Origin: Candidatus Bathyarchaeia archaeon
GTDB taxonomy: Archaea; Thermoproteota; Bathyarchaeia; TCS64
Direction: 5' to 3'
DNA length: 25,614 nt
NCBI GenBank assembly: GCA_050014495.1
Contig: JBEKDF010000039.1
Coordinates: 1 to 25,614 of the forward strand
This document shows positions 7,041 to 16,033 of this stretch, in pieces. The translations under genes were made by a program, and so were the position numbers. Each line of letters starts with the position of its first letter. Position 1 is the first letter of the stretch. The notes under the pieces are model-generated. The model did not search any database. It had not been told where the DNA came from and worked only from the letters and a program-made list of their open reading frames with translations.

Positions 7041-9662
7041 CTACTTTGGCCTGATGTACTTAGCAGCCTCGATCCAAATCGTTGCGACGAAGGAAGCAGC
7101 CACCACCGTCGCCCAGTCAACCCAACCCAACGCAGTGACCCTGACCAGTCCCTGCAGGAAGGGCACATAGATGACTACCACTAGCAAGCCGATCGCCGCT
7201 ATGGCCCAGAGAACCATCACCCTGTTCGAGAACAGACCCCTCTTGAGCAGGGGCTCCTTCTCGGACCTCCTCACGAATGCGAGGAAGATGTGGCTGATTA
7301 TCCATGTTGAAAAGGCAACCGTCTGCGCGTAGACGAGGTCCCCACTCCTGTAGTAGGCCGTCAGGTAGCAGAAGCTCACAGCCACGAAGAGGCTGATGGC
7401 ACTCGCGAAGATCCCCGTCAGCGTCCCCCTATCCAGGAACTTCGCTGATGGGTCCCTCGGGGGCCTCGTCATGAGATCCGACTCGAACCCCTCCGCCACG
7501 AAGCCACTTGACGCGGCTAAGTCCATGAACATCTCGAGCAATATGATCTGAATCGGCGCGAAGGGAAGAGGCACATTCAGAATAATGGGGAGGATGAAGA
7601 TCAGGACAAGCGCCACCTTCACCGCCAGGTAGTACTTGACGCCCTTCCTCAGGTTGTCGAATATCTTCCTCCCCTCCCTAACCGCGCTTCCAATGCTAAC
7701 GAAGTTGTCATCTGTGAGGACGATGTCCGCGGCCTCCTTCGCCGCGTCAGTCCCCCTGACACCCATAGCGATACCTATCGCGGCTTCTTTAAGCGCAGGC
7801 GCGTCGTTGACACCATCCCCCGTGACCGCGACCACCTGGCCATTCTCCTTGAACAGCTTCACGATCCTCAGCTTGTGCTCCGGTGTGATCCTCGCGAATA
7901 CACTCGTGGTCTTCAGCGCCTCGCCGAGTTTGGCGTCATCCATCAAGGATATCTCGGGGCCGGTGAGTACAGAGGCGGAGTCTATCCCAACTTTAGCGGC
8001 AACAGCCTTAGCCGTCTCCGGGTGGTCCCCAGTGAGCATCACAACGCGGATTCCGGCCTCCTTGCACATCTTGATTACCTCAGGGACCTCCTTCCTCGGA
8101 GGGTCGATGAAGCTGAGTAGGCCAACGAATATCATTCCGCTCTCAGGTGGGGTATCAACCTCCTCATCCGACAGATCCTTGTAGACAACTGCGAGGGCTC
8201 GTTCACCCATCTGAGCTATCTTCTCAATAGCCTCATTGACTTGACCACGAACCGGGTTACTGAGAGAGACCGATCTTCCGCCCCTCAATATCTTTGATGA
8301 CTTTGATAGTACGGCCTCAGGTGCGCCGCTCATGTAGACGCGTAGTTTATCACCTTCCCTATAGACGTAGGAGGCAGTCTTTGTCCTAGTGTCGAAGCTG
8401 AACTCGTTAACCAGACTCCTCTTAGCCAACTCCTCCATCGAGACCCCTGAACTAGTGGCTGAATCAACAATCGCTGCCCCCATGGGATTGAATCCCCTGA
8501 ATCTCTCGCTAACGAGCGTCGTCTGACCGCGTGTCGCGAGGACACCCATCTCTAAGATACCCCGCTCCGAGGCGTCCCCCTTCGGCTCAATCAATTCATC
8601 CTGTGAGTAGATGTGGCCGAGCTTCATCACACTCTCAGTGATGGTGCCAGTCTTGTCCGTGGCGATGATCGTCACGCTCCCCAAAGTCTCCGAGGCCCTG
8701 AGGTGCTTGACCAAAGCACCACGTCTGCTTAAAGAATAGGTGCCTACCGCGAGGACCATCGTGATTATGATGGGAAGCTCCTCGGGAATTACAGCGAAGG
8801 AGAGTGAGAGCCCCGTCAAGATTAAAGTCTGCGGAGTCTGCAGAGCCCCATTCCTCAGATACTCGAGTACGGGGATCGAGATGCTGAAGAAGAGCGCTAC
8901 CCAAACAAGTGTCTTAGACAGCTGCGCCATCGCCACCTGAAGAGGCGTCTCCTCCTCCTCAGCCTCCTCCGTAAGCGTCGCGATGTGGCCAAGCTCCGTG
9001 TTGCGCCCAGTCGTCGAGACGATTGCGACCCCCTCCCCCTGAACAATGAGTGTCCCAGCGAGGGCCATGTTGGAAAGATCGGTGATCTGTGTACCCTCTG
9101 GCATAACAATGTCGGCGGTCTTAGAGACCGGCATCGACTCGCCTGTGAGGCTAGACTCGTCGAGCTGTAACCCATATGATCTATACAGTCTCAAGTCAGC
9201 TGGGATCCTCTCCCCGACGCTGAGAGGAAGCACGTCACCGGGTACAAGCTCCGCTGACTCCACCTCGCCAACCTTTCCATCCCGAAGTACGAGGGGCCTA
9301 GGAGTCGTTAACTCCTTCAAAGATTCTATGCCCTGCTCAGCCTTCCACTCATTATAGACCTCACTCAGGACCAGCACCGCTATGACAGTGAATATCGTAG
9401 CGGCGTCGAGGATGTTACCCCAAATACTGTAGAGCACTCCAACACCGATCAGCAGAAGAATCATCGGCTCCCGAGCCTCCTCCTTTAGGGCCGCCCAGAA
9501 GGTCTCCTCCTCCTTACCCTCCAGAGTATTCTCACCGAACTTCTCCAGCCTCAGCTTAACCTCAGCAGTGGTGAGGCCCTTCTCCGGGTCGGTTCCAATC
9601 TCCTTAATGAACTCGTCAAACTCCTTCGACGCGGCCTTCGCCGTCTCCGATGCGTTACTCAC
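7041..9662 (-). CDS. Cation-transporting P-type ATPase (type II-like)
   Basis: DESSLTGES, DKTGT phosphorylation site, DPPR, MLTGD and TGDGVNDAPAL. M4 motif is PEEL. Confidence 0.96.
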   Translation of the reverse strand: MSNASETAKAASKEFDEFIKEIGTDPEKGLTTAEVKLRLEKFGENTLEGKEEETFWAALKEEAREPMILLLIGVGVLYSIWGNILDAATIFTVIAVLVLSEVYNEWKAEQGIESLKELTTPRPLVLRDGKVGEVESAELVPGDVLPLSVGERIPADLRLYRSYGLQLDESSLTGESMPVSKTADIVMPEGTQITDLSNMALAGTLIVQGEGVAIVSTTGRNTELGHIATLTEEAEEEETPLQVAMAQLSKTLVWVALFFSISIPVLEYLRNGALQTPQTLILTGLSLSFAVIPEELPIIITMVLAVGTYSLSRRGALVKHLRASETLGSVTIIATDKTGTITESVMKLGHIYSQDELIEPKGDASERGILEMGVLATRGQTTLVSERFRGFNPMGAAIVDSATSSGVSMEELAKRSLVNEFSFDTRTKTASYVYREGDKLRVYMSGAPEAVLSKSSKILRGGRSVSLSNPVRGQVNEAIEKIAQMGERALAVVYKDLSDEEVDTPPESGMIFVGLLSFIDPPRKEVPEVIKMCKEAGIRVVMLTGDHPETAKAVAAKVGIDSASVLTGPEISLMDDAKLGEALKTTSVFARITPEHKLRIVKLFKENGQVVAVTGDGVNDAPALKEAAIGIAMGVRGTDAAKEAADIVLTDDNFVSIGSAVREGRKIFDNLRKGVKYYLAVKVALVLIFILPIILNVPLPFAPIQIILLEMFMDLAASSGFVAEGFESDLMTRPPRDPSAKFLDRGTLTGIFASAISLFVAVSFCYLTAYYRSGDLVYAQTVAFSTWIISHIFLAFVRRSEKEPLLKRGLFSNRVMVLWAIAAIGLLVVVIYVPFLQGLVRVTALGWVDWATVVAASFVATIWIEAAKYIRPK

Positions 9663-9727
9663 ATAACCACCTTGAATGCTGTGTTAGTGGTCACACTACT
9701 GCTAGACATATATTAGTTTCACACAGA

Positions 9728-9756
9728 TTCTTAATATCCGTATTAAGAAATATATA
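9728..9756. promoter_or_regulatory. Inverted-repeat operator abutting a TATA box in the divergent ATPase/PhoU-regulator promoter region
   Basis: TTCTTAATA-tccg-TATTAAGAA (9728-9749) is followed by ATATATA (9750-9756), about 24 nt before ATG 9780. Confidence 0.6.
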
Positions 9757-9779
9757 CCCAAATCAAAACATGAGCTGAT

Positions 9780-10829
9780 ATGGGCTCAGATCACCGCAAG
9801 ATAATGTCCCTCGGAAAAACCTCAACAGTCATCTCCCTCCCAAGGAGGTGGCTCGAAATTAACGGCCTCGAAAAGGGATCCCTGGTAAACCTTAGCATCC
9901 AAAGTAATGGGTCCCTCCTAGTAACATCGATTCGGGAAGAGTCTGGAACCCTGAGAGAGATCCGACTAACAGTAGGACAAAGCGAGAGCGGCGAATCCGT
10001 CATCAGGAGAATCGTCGCATGCTTCCTCGACGGCTACAACAGGCTCATTCTCACATCAAACGTATTCTCAGCGGAGCAGCAGCGAGAGATCCGCAGCATA
10101 GTAAGCGTACTCTACATGATGGTGGAGGAATCGGAGGCAAGTAAAGTCGTGCTAAGGTCGCTCGTGGATGACTCCAAAACATCAATACTTTCATGCGTCG
10201 AAAGGATGCACGCGATCACAAGCTCGATGTGCCGAGACCTACTGAGAGCAGTTGAAAAGATGGAGCCAGAACTCGCGAAGTCGGTTGTTTCAATCGAGGG
10301 CGACGTCGACCAACTCGCTTTCCTCGTCTTCAGACTCATTCGTATAGCCGCGATGACTTCCTCATCAGCTGACTCACTTGGAATAGATCACCTTGATTGT
10401 TTAGACTATCAAACCCTGGTTCACAGGGTCGAGAGGATCGCCGACGATGTGGAAATCATAGCTGCCAACATCGCTAAGACACTCAGCTTAGATAACTCAG
10501 GTGATAGAGTCGTACCAAAATCCCTAGTCAGCCTGATCGGAGGCATATTCAACTCATATAATGAAGCTGTGGGCAGTTTCCTAGAAAGTGACCTTCAACA
10601 TGTAAACGAGATAATTGAATACGAGGATCAGATAGACGCCGTCATCAAAGACCTCTACTCCGAATTCGCCGAGATGAGAAGGGCAGACGACTCGGGGAAC
10701 TCACTCTTCATTTCGAGGGTAATCATCATCGATAGCCTACGAAAAATAGCCCACTACTCAGCTGACATAGCTGAACTAACAATAGACAGAGCATATAAAC
10801 CAAAAACGACCCCGGCAAACCCCATTTAG
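9780..10829 (+). CDS. Archaeal phosphate uptake regulator (AbrB/MazE-type DNA-binding domain + PhoU domains)
   Basis: N-terminal RKIMSLGKTSTVISLPRRW...LEKG, then IVACFLDGY, EGDVDQL, VERIAD and LRKIAHYSADIAE PhoU repeats. Confidence 0.92.
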   Translation: MGSDHRKIMSLGKTSTVISLPRRWLEINGLEKGSLVNLSIQSNGSLLVTSIREESGTLREIRLTVGQSESGESVIRRIVACFLDGYNRLILTSNVFSAEQQREIRSIVSVLYMMVEESEASKVVLRSLVDDSKTSILSCVERMHAITSSMCRDLLRAVEKMEPELAKSVVSIEGDVDQLAFLVFRLIRIAAMTSSSADSLGIDHLDCLDYQTLVHRVERIADDVEIIAANIAKTLSLDNSGDRVVPKSLVSLIGGIFNSYNEAVGSFLESDLQHVNEIIEYEDQIDAVIKDLYSEFAEMRRADDSGNSLFISRVIIIDSLRKIAHYSADIAELTIDRAYKPKTTPANPI

Positions 10830-11046
10830 CAACTAAATAAAATCTATTCGCTAAAGCTTCAGCTTGAATCACGCGTGATAATCAAATCATCATATTCCTC
10901 AGCTTGATATGATTAAATTCAGGATGGCTCCAGAGCGACTATCTGGAACCAAGATCGGCAAACAAAACAAGAGTATGGTATAGGCGCGCGCGTTGATCCT
11001 CAAATGGTTAAATGCTAGGGTTCCACCTTTAAAGGAGGATGAAATA

Positions 11047-11133
11047 ATGGCGAAACACCATGGGATGTCACGAAAGGGAGATAAAAGCCGAGCAAAGAAG
11101 GCGAAGCGAAAGGGGAAAAGAGCGAAGAAGTAG
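11047..11133 (+). CDS. Small basic peptide, 28 aa (MAKHHGMSRKGDKSRAKKAKRKGKRAKK)
   Basis: GGAGG at 11034-11038, 8 nt before ATG 11047; TAG at 11131-11133; 14 of 28 residues are K/R. Below the ORF-track length cut-off. Confidence 0.6.
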   Translation: MAKHHGMSRKGDKSRAKKAKRKGKRAKK

Positions 11134-11364
11134 ATGACAGCCTTTCCCATATGTACCTATTCATTTGGCACTTAGATTCGGACAAATCAAAGTCGAGTAT
11201 TGGTCTCTCATTACTGAATACCTATTGATACAGTAACTTGTGCCATTTACATCTCAAAAGAGAGCTATATCCTTCTCCTATAATGCTTCTAGTGTCTGGA
11301 TTCACTTTGTCGTGCGTGCGCGATATTTATGGAATATTCATTCACGCGTGCGTGTCAGCTATAT

Positions 11365-11574
11365 TCAGTTTGGATTCATGGGGATCAGAAGCCAGGCGAG
11401 TATGTAAGCAAGAACTCCTATGCCATAAAACAGTGAAAAAATGACCCAGATCACCCTAATGATGATGGGATCCAAGTTAAGATATTCACCGATCCCTCCA
11501 CAGACACCCGCCAGCCACCTATTTTTTGATCGATACAGCTTCCTGGTGCTATCCAATTTTGATCCCTTTACCAT
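11365..11574 (-). CDS. PspC domain-containing membrane protein
   Basis: RKLYRSKNRWLAGVCGGIGEYLNLDPIIIRVIW...GVLAYILAWLLIP is the PspC signature. Start is ATG 11574 or TTG 11556, with TTTTTATAA just upstream. Confidence 0.93.
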   Translation of the reverse strand: MVKGSKLDSTRKLYRSKNRWLAGVCGGIGEYLNLDPIIIRVIWVIFSLFYGIGVLAYILAWLLIPMNPN

Positions 11575-11780
11575 TGTTAAGATTATTGTATTATAAAAAC
11601 ATAGGTGTCCGCGCTTCTGACAAGTACAGACGAGTTTAGAGTTTGCCAAAGTCTAACTTACCAATGCTAATATTTTTTTACCGATGAACGCGAGTGCACA
11701 TTTGTGCTCACACACGGAGAATGTAGAGAGTAAATGGGGTTTACATGCCGCGCTAATATCTTCCCTTTAGGAGAACTACA

Positions 11781-12365
11781 GTGAGCGAAATCCACCCAAG
11801 ACCTCGCCTCTACCTATATATTCTAACATCATTCACTATATCCTTCCTTCTTGCCCGCATAGTAACCTCGATCAAACCCGACCTCAGGCTGATCAGTAGC
11901 GGTTACCATATCCCCCACTTCTGGCTTGGCCTCGCTATGCTCGCTATAGGAGGCTGGATCGGTATAAACTACACAGGAGAAAGAATTGACAGACTATCAG
12001 CAATTATTTTCGGCGCTGGCGGCGGTCTAGTAGGGGACGAGGTGGGCCTCCTCCTCACCCTGGGAAACTACGATGCCACAATCACCTACACAATCGTCGT
12101 GGGCTTTCTCATACTAACATCTGGGTTAATTCTTGTTAACAGGTTCCGAACCGAAATAACGGAGGAAATAGCCCAAGCAGTAAAAAACAGGGTCTTCCTC
12201 TCCTTCACACTCGCTTTCACAATCATACTTGTTGGTTTCCTCCTCGAATCGACGAACCTACTCGTCACCGAGTTAGCCCTCGCACTGATTCTCTTATTGA
12301 TAATACTCCTACTTCTCCACTTCCTACTATCTAGAATAATCACTTACCCTAAGATGACTAATTAA
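11781..12365 (+). CDS. Uncharacterised polytopic membrane protein
   Basis: About six hydrophobic helices with conserved-looking GYHIPHFWLG and FGAGGGLVGDE motifs. RBS AGGAG before the GTG start. Confidence 0.8.
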   Translation: MSEIHPRPRLYLYILTSFTISFLLARIVTSIKPDLRLISSGYHIPHFWLGLAMLAIGGWIGINYTGERIDRLSAIIFGAGGGLVGDEVGLLLTLGNYDATITYTIVVGFLILTSGLILVNRFRTEITEEIAQAVKNRVFLSFTLAFTIILVGFLLESTNLLVTELALALILLLIILLLLHFLLSRIITYPKMTN

Positions 12366-12468
12366 GAAGAAAATTGTAATAACTGCCTCGCATTTGTAGC
12401 GCAGTAGCAACCAATATCCACAAATTAGCAAATATAATTGCTAAAAGTGATAAAAATAGAGAAATATT

Positions 12469-12867
12469 CTACTTTAACTTTGTCTTCGAGAGCTGCTTAC
12501 TCAGCACGTAGACAACCAGGGCGATGATGATGAAGTTGATCAGTGCACCGGCGAAGTCACCCAGCAGGAACATGATCGGACCCACGTAGAAGACCGTAGT
12601 CCTCCACGCACCACCCGGAATCAGCACGCTAATGATAGGCATAATCAAGTCATTTACAAGGGCTGATATGAGCGTCCCAGCCGCGCCGCCTATAATGAAC
12701 GCAATAGCTAGCCCAACCACCCCATACTTGTTCAGAAAATCCATAAAATCCTCGCTGAAACTCTTCTTCACCGATGGTGGGGGCGGTGGCGCCGGTTTAG
12801 GCGTCAGTAATTCCTTGATCTCAGTTAATCGCTGTAAAATCATCTCATCGGTCTGCTTATTGGACAT
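12469..12867 (-). CDS. mscL: Large-conductance mechanosensitive channel MscL family protein
   Basis: FMDFLNKYGVVGLAIAFIIGGA, LVNDLIMPII and GDFAGALINFIIIALVVY. Start ATG 12867 (MSNKQ). Confidence 0.93.
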   Translation of the reverse strand: MSNKQTDEMILQRLTEIKELLTPKPAPPPPPSVKKSFSEDFMDFLNKYGVVGLAIAFIIGGAAGTLISALVNDLIMPIISVLIPGGAWRTTVFYVGPIMFLLGDFAGALINFIIIALVVYVLSKQLSKTKLK

Positions 12868-13109
12868 ATTTTCACTCGCTTCTTTAATCATGCAGTAAAT
12901 ATTTAACATACACGGAAAAAAACAAAACAAAACATCAAGTATAAGTCGGCACTTATAAAAATCTTCATAAAAAATTTCATGTGGTACTAAAAAGGTAAAA
13001 ATTCAGAGTACATTTATTAATTTAAAATAAGATAGCGACATTCCCTCCGGATCCTCTACAAGAAGAAATCAGTTTACATCTTCGAAATAGTTAGCTACCA
13101 GGGAGAGAG

Positions 13110-13886
13110 ATGTCGGTCAACACAGGGCGTGTATTAAACGATAAATCGACCGACCCCAATTATGGCCTCGCACTAGACCACGCCCTACTCCTCCTAAACC
13201 CGAAGTCAAAGTACCCCGCAACGATTAGGTTCTGGAGAAACCCCTGCTCCGTGATACTGGGAAGAGGACAGACCCTAAGCGAAGAAGTTAACCAAACTTT
13301 TTGCAGGGAACACAAAATACCCATCGCGAGGAGAATAACCGGCGGTGGAACCGTCTATCACGACGAGGGAAACATCAACATAAGCCTCTTCATCCCAAAA
13401 AGCGCTCTCGAACAACCCAATGACGTAAAAAGAACAACTTCACTCTTCACGAACCTCTTAAAGGAAAGCATAGAGATGACCGGGATCAAAGAGATACATG
13501 TGGACGATTCCAATAACCTCCTCTACCAAGATCATAAAGTGTCCGGGGCAGCAGCCTACTTCACAAGGGAAACAATCCTTCACCACTCAACCCTACTGCT
13601 CTCAGTAGACCTCGAGAAACTTGAGGGGAGCCTAATACACAACATAGAACCACGTAGGGGTAGGAGTAAATACAAACCAACCACAAACCTCAAAGGTCTC
13701 CAATCTGAAAATTGGAAAAAAAAATACGTTAAACTATTAGGTGAAAAATTCAAATTAAATTTCCTACCTGGAAACTTAACACTGGAAGAAAGCGCCCTTG
13801 CTACCAAGCTGAGGAATACGATTTACATTAATCCTAATTGGATAAACAATGGAGAAAGGCCCATAGACCAAATGTCTGTTAACTAA
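13110..13886 (+). CDS. lplA: Lipoate-protein ligase family protein (catalytic domain only)
   Basis: IRFWRN..SVILGR.Q, RRITGGGTVYHDEGN, KVSGAA and LHHSTLL. Adjacent to the 2-oxoacid dehydrogenase genes. Confidence 0.9.
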   Translation: MSVNTGRVLNDKSTDPNYGLALDHALLLLNPKSKYPATIRFWRNPCSVILGRGQTLSEEVNQTFCREHKIPIARRITGGGTVYHDEGNINISLFIPKSALEQPNDVKRTTSLFTNLLKESIEMTGIKEIHVDDSNNLLYQDHKVSGAAAYFTRETILHHSTLLLSVDLEKLEGSLIHNIEPRRGRSKYKPTTNLKGLQSENWKKKYVKLLGEKFKLNFLPGNLTLEESALATKLRNTIYINPNWINNGERPIDQMSVN

Positions 13887-13960
13887 TGAACCTAATTAAG
13901 CCCCCGAAAAGGGTACAGTTTAAAAAAAAACATTACCAATTCTCTCTGAGGATCATCAAG

Positions 13961-15046
13961 ATGCTGAGTGACGAGTTTAACCCACTTGAGGGAAAGATGC
14001 TGCAGATAATCGGAGCCGACGGAACCGTAGATAAGAGGCTCGAGCCAAGCCTCGATGGTGACCTACTCCAACGTGCCTACCAGACGATGATCCTCGCCCG
14101 AGCAGCCGACGAGAAAGCGGTGAGACTCCAGAGACAGGGGAAAATCGGTGCCTATCCACCAAGCCGCGGCCAAGAAGCGAGCCAAATTGGCCCAGCCCTA
14201 GCCCTCGGACCAAATGATTGGATCATACCGGGATTCCGGGAGCTAACCGCACTAATATGGAGGGGAGTACCCCTACTCAACCTCTTCCTCTACTGGTCTG
14301 GAAACGAGGAGGGTAACGCTTACCCCGAGGGGGTAAAAGTGACGCCGGGTGTAATACCCGTTGGAGACCAGATCCCCCACGCAGTCGGTGTATCATACGC
14401 CTCAAAGCTAAGAGGCGAGAAGGTCGTCACCATGACATACTTCGGCGACGGCGGCTCCTCAGAGGGAAGCTTCCATGAAGGTCTAAACCTAGCCGGAGTC
14501 CTGAAGACACCAACCATCTTCATCTGTCAGAATAACCAATACGCCATCTCCCTCCCCCGATCAAAGCAAACAGCGTCTAAGACAATAGCACAAAAGGCAA
14601 TTGCATACGGATTCCCAGGAATAATGGTGGATGGCAACGATGTGCTCGCACTGTACGTAGCAGCGAAGGAAGCTGTAGACAGAGCCAGAGGAGGAGGAGG
14701 CCCAACACTCATCGAGTCCTACACCTACCGACTTGGAGATCACACAACCTCAGACGACGCGACAAGGTACCGTAACCAAGCTGAGTTGACGGAGTGGGAG
14801 GCAAAAGACCCATTGAATAGGTTCAGAGTCTACCTAGAAAACAAGGGGCTCTGGAATGAGGATAAGGAAAAAGCCTCAGTGGAAGAAGCCAAGAGTAGAG
14901 TAGATGAGGAATCTCAGAAAGCGCTAGACCATCCCCCACCCCAACTAGAAGACATATTCAAGTACACATACAGAGACTTGCCATCTGAGCTCCAGAATCA
15001 ACTGAAGTTTTTCAAAAAAGACCTCGAACAAGGAGGCTCCAACTAA
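13961..15046 (+). CDS. pdhA: Pyruvate/2-oxoacid dehydrogenase E1 alpha subunit
   Basis: LQRQGKIG.Y...GQEA, the TPP motif FGDGGSSEG...QNNQYAIS and YRLGDHTTSDD. ATG 13961 is preferred because of TTTAAAA near 13919. Confidence 0.94.
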   Translation: MLSDEFNPLEGKMLQIIGADGTVDKRLEPSLDGDLLQRAYQTMILARAADEKAVRLQRQGKIGAYPPSRGQEASQIGPALALGPNDWIIPGFRELTALIWRGVPLLNLFLYWSGNEEGNAYPEGVKVTPGVIPVGDQIPHAVGVSYASKLRGEKVVTMTYFGDGGSSEGSFHEGLNLAGVLKTPTIFICQNNQYAISLPRSKQTASKTIAQKAIAYGFPGIMVDGNDVLALYVAAKEAVDRARGGGGPTLIESYTYRLGDHTTSDDATRYRNQAELTEWEAKDPLNRFRVYLENKGLWNEDKEKASVEEAKSRVDEESQKALDHPPPQLEDIFKYTYRDLPSELQNQLKFFKKDLEQGGSN

Positions 15047-16023
15047 TGACAACCATGAACATGGTCCAAGCCATCGGTAACGCGTTAGCTGTAGAGATGG
15101 CGAGAGACCCCTCAGTAGTGGTACTAGGAGAAGACGTCGGCATCGACGGCGGAGTCTTCAGGGCCACCGAGGGGCTATACGAAAAATTTGGGCCAACGAG
15201 AGTCATCGACACACCATTATCAGAAGCCTGCATAGTAGGGGCATCCATTGGGATGGCCATGAACGGCCTCAAGCCTGTAGCCGAGATCCAGTTCCTAGGC
15301 TTCTCCTACTATACCCTAGACCAAATGATTTGCCACGCTGCCCGCATAAGGAACCGTTCAAGAGGACACCTAGGGGTTCCCCTTGTTCTCAGGACACCCT
15401 ATGGTGCCGGCGTAAAAGCCCTCGAGCATCACTCAGAGAGCACTGAGGCGCTCTACGCACAGATACCAGGATTAAAAGTAGTGGTGCCCGCAACCCCACG
15501 TGAGGCTAAGGGGCTACTCATCTCCGCCATCAGGGACCCCGACCCCGTGGTCTTCCTCGAGCCCACGCGAAACTATCGTCTCATAAAGGAGGACGTAGAG
15601 GAGGGAGACTTCACCATCCCCATCGGCCAAGCTAGAAAGGTGAAGGATGGTAAAGACGTCACAGTCATCGGCTGGGGTGCAATGATGCCTATCATACAGG
15701 ATGCTGCATTGAAAGCCGAAGCCAACGGTACCTCCGTGGAGATAATCGACCTACGTACCATTTCCCCAATGGACACAGATACGGTGATTGACTCCGTCAA
15801 AAAAACAGGCAGAGCCGTAGTAGTCCACGAAGCACCCAAGACAGGTGGAATCGGAGCAGAGATATCAGCGAGGATAGGTGAAAACGCCTTGTTATCCCTG
15901 AAGGCCCCAGTCGAAAGGGTCACAGCTCCAGATGTGACGGTGCCACTACCTAAGGGGGAGCACTTCTACTACGTTGACGCTGATAGGATACACAGAGCAA
16001 TTAGTAGGGTAATGACATTCTAA
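15046..16023 (+). CDS. pdhB: Pyruvate/2-oxoacid dehydrogenase E1 beta subunit
   Basis: LGEDVG..GGVFRAT.GL, DTPLSE, PVAEIQF, EHHSES and IDLRTISP. TAATG coupling to the alpha gene. Confidence 0.95.
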   Translation: MTTMNMVQAIGNALAVEMARDPSVVVLGEDVGIDGGVFRATEGLYEKFGPTRVIDTPLSEACIVGASIGMAMNGLKPVAEIQFLGFSYYTLDQMICHAARIRNRSRGHLGVPLVLRTPYGAGVKALEHHSESTEALYAQIPGLKVVVPATPREAKGLLISAIRDPDPVVFLEPTRNYRLIKEDVEEGDFTIPIGQARKVKDGKDVTVIGWGAMMPIIQDAALKAEANGTSVEIIDLRTISPMDTDTVIDSVKKTGRAVVVHEAPKTGGIGAEISARIGENALLSLKAPVERVTAPDVTVPLPKGEHFYYVDADRIHRAISRVMTF

Positions 16024-16033
16024 GGTGATATTG

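Noticed and set aside
10899..11150. 83-aa minus-strand ORF
   Set aside because: Its F/R/A-rich sequence is the antisense shadow of the basic peptide gene, which has the RBS.
13886..13960. Longer N-terminus of E1 alpha coupled to the lplA stop
   Set aside because: The extension runs through a TTTAAAAAAAAA promoter-like tract, and family-like sequence begins at ATG 13961. Similar over-extensions were trimmed for PspC, MscL and FTR.
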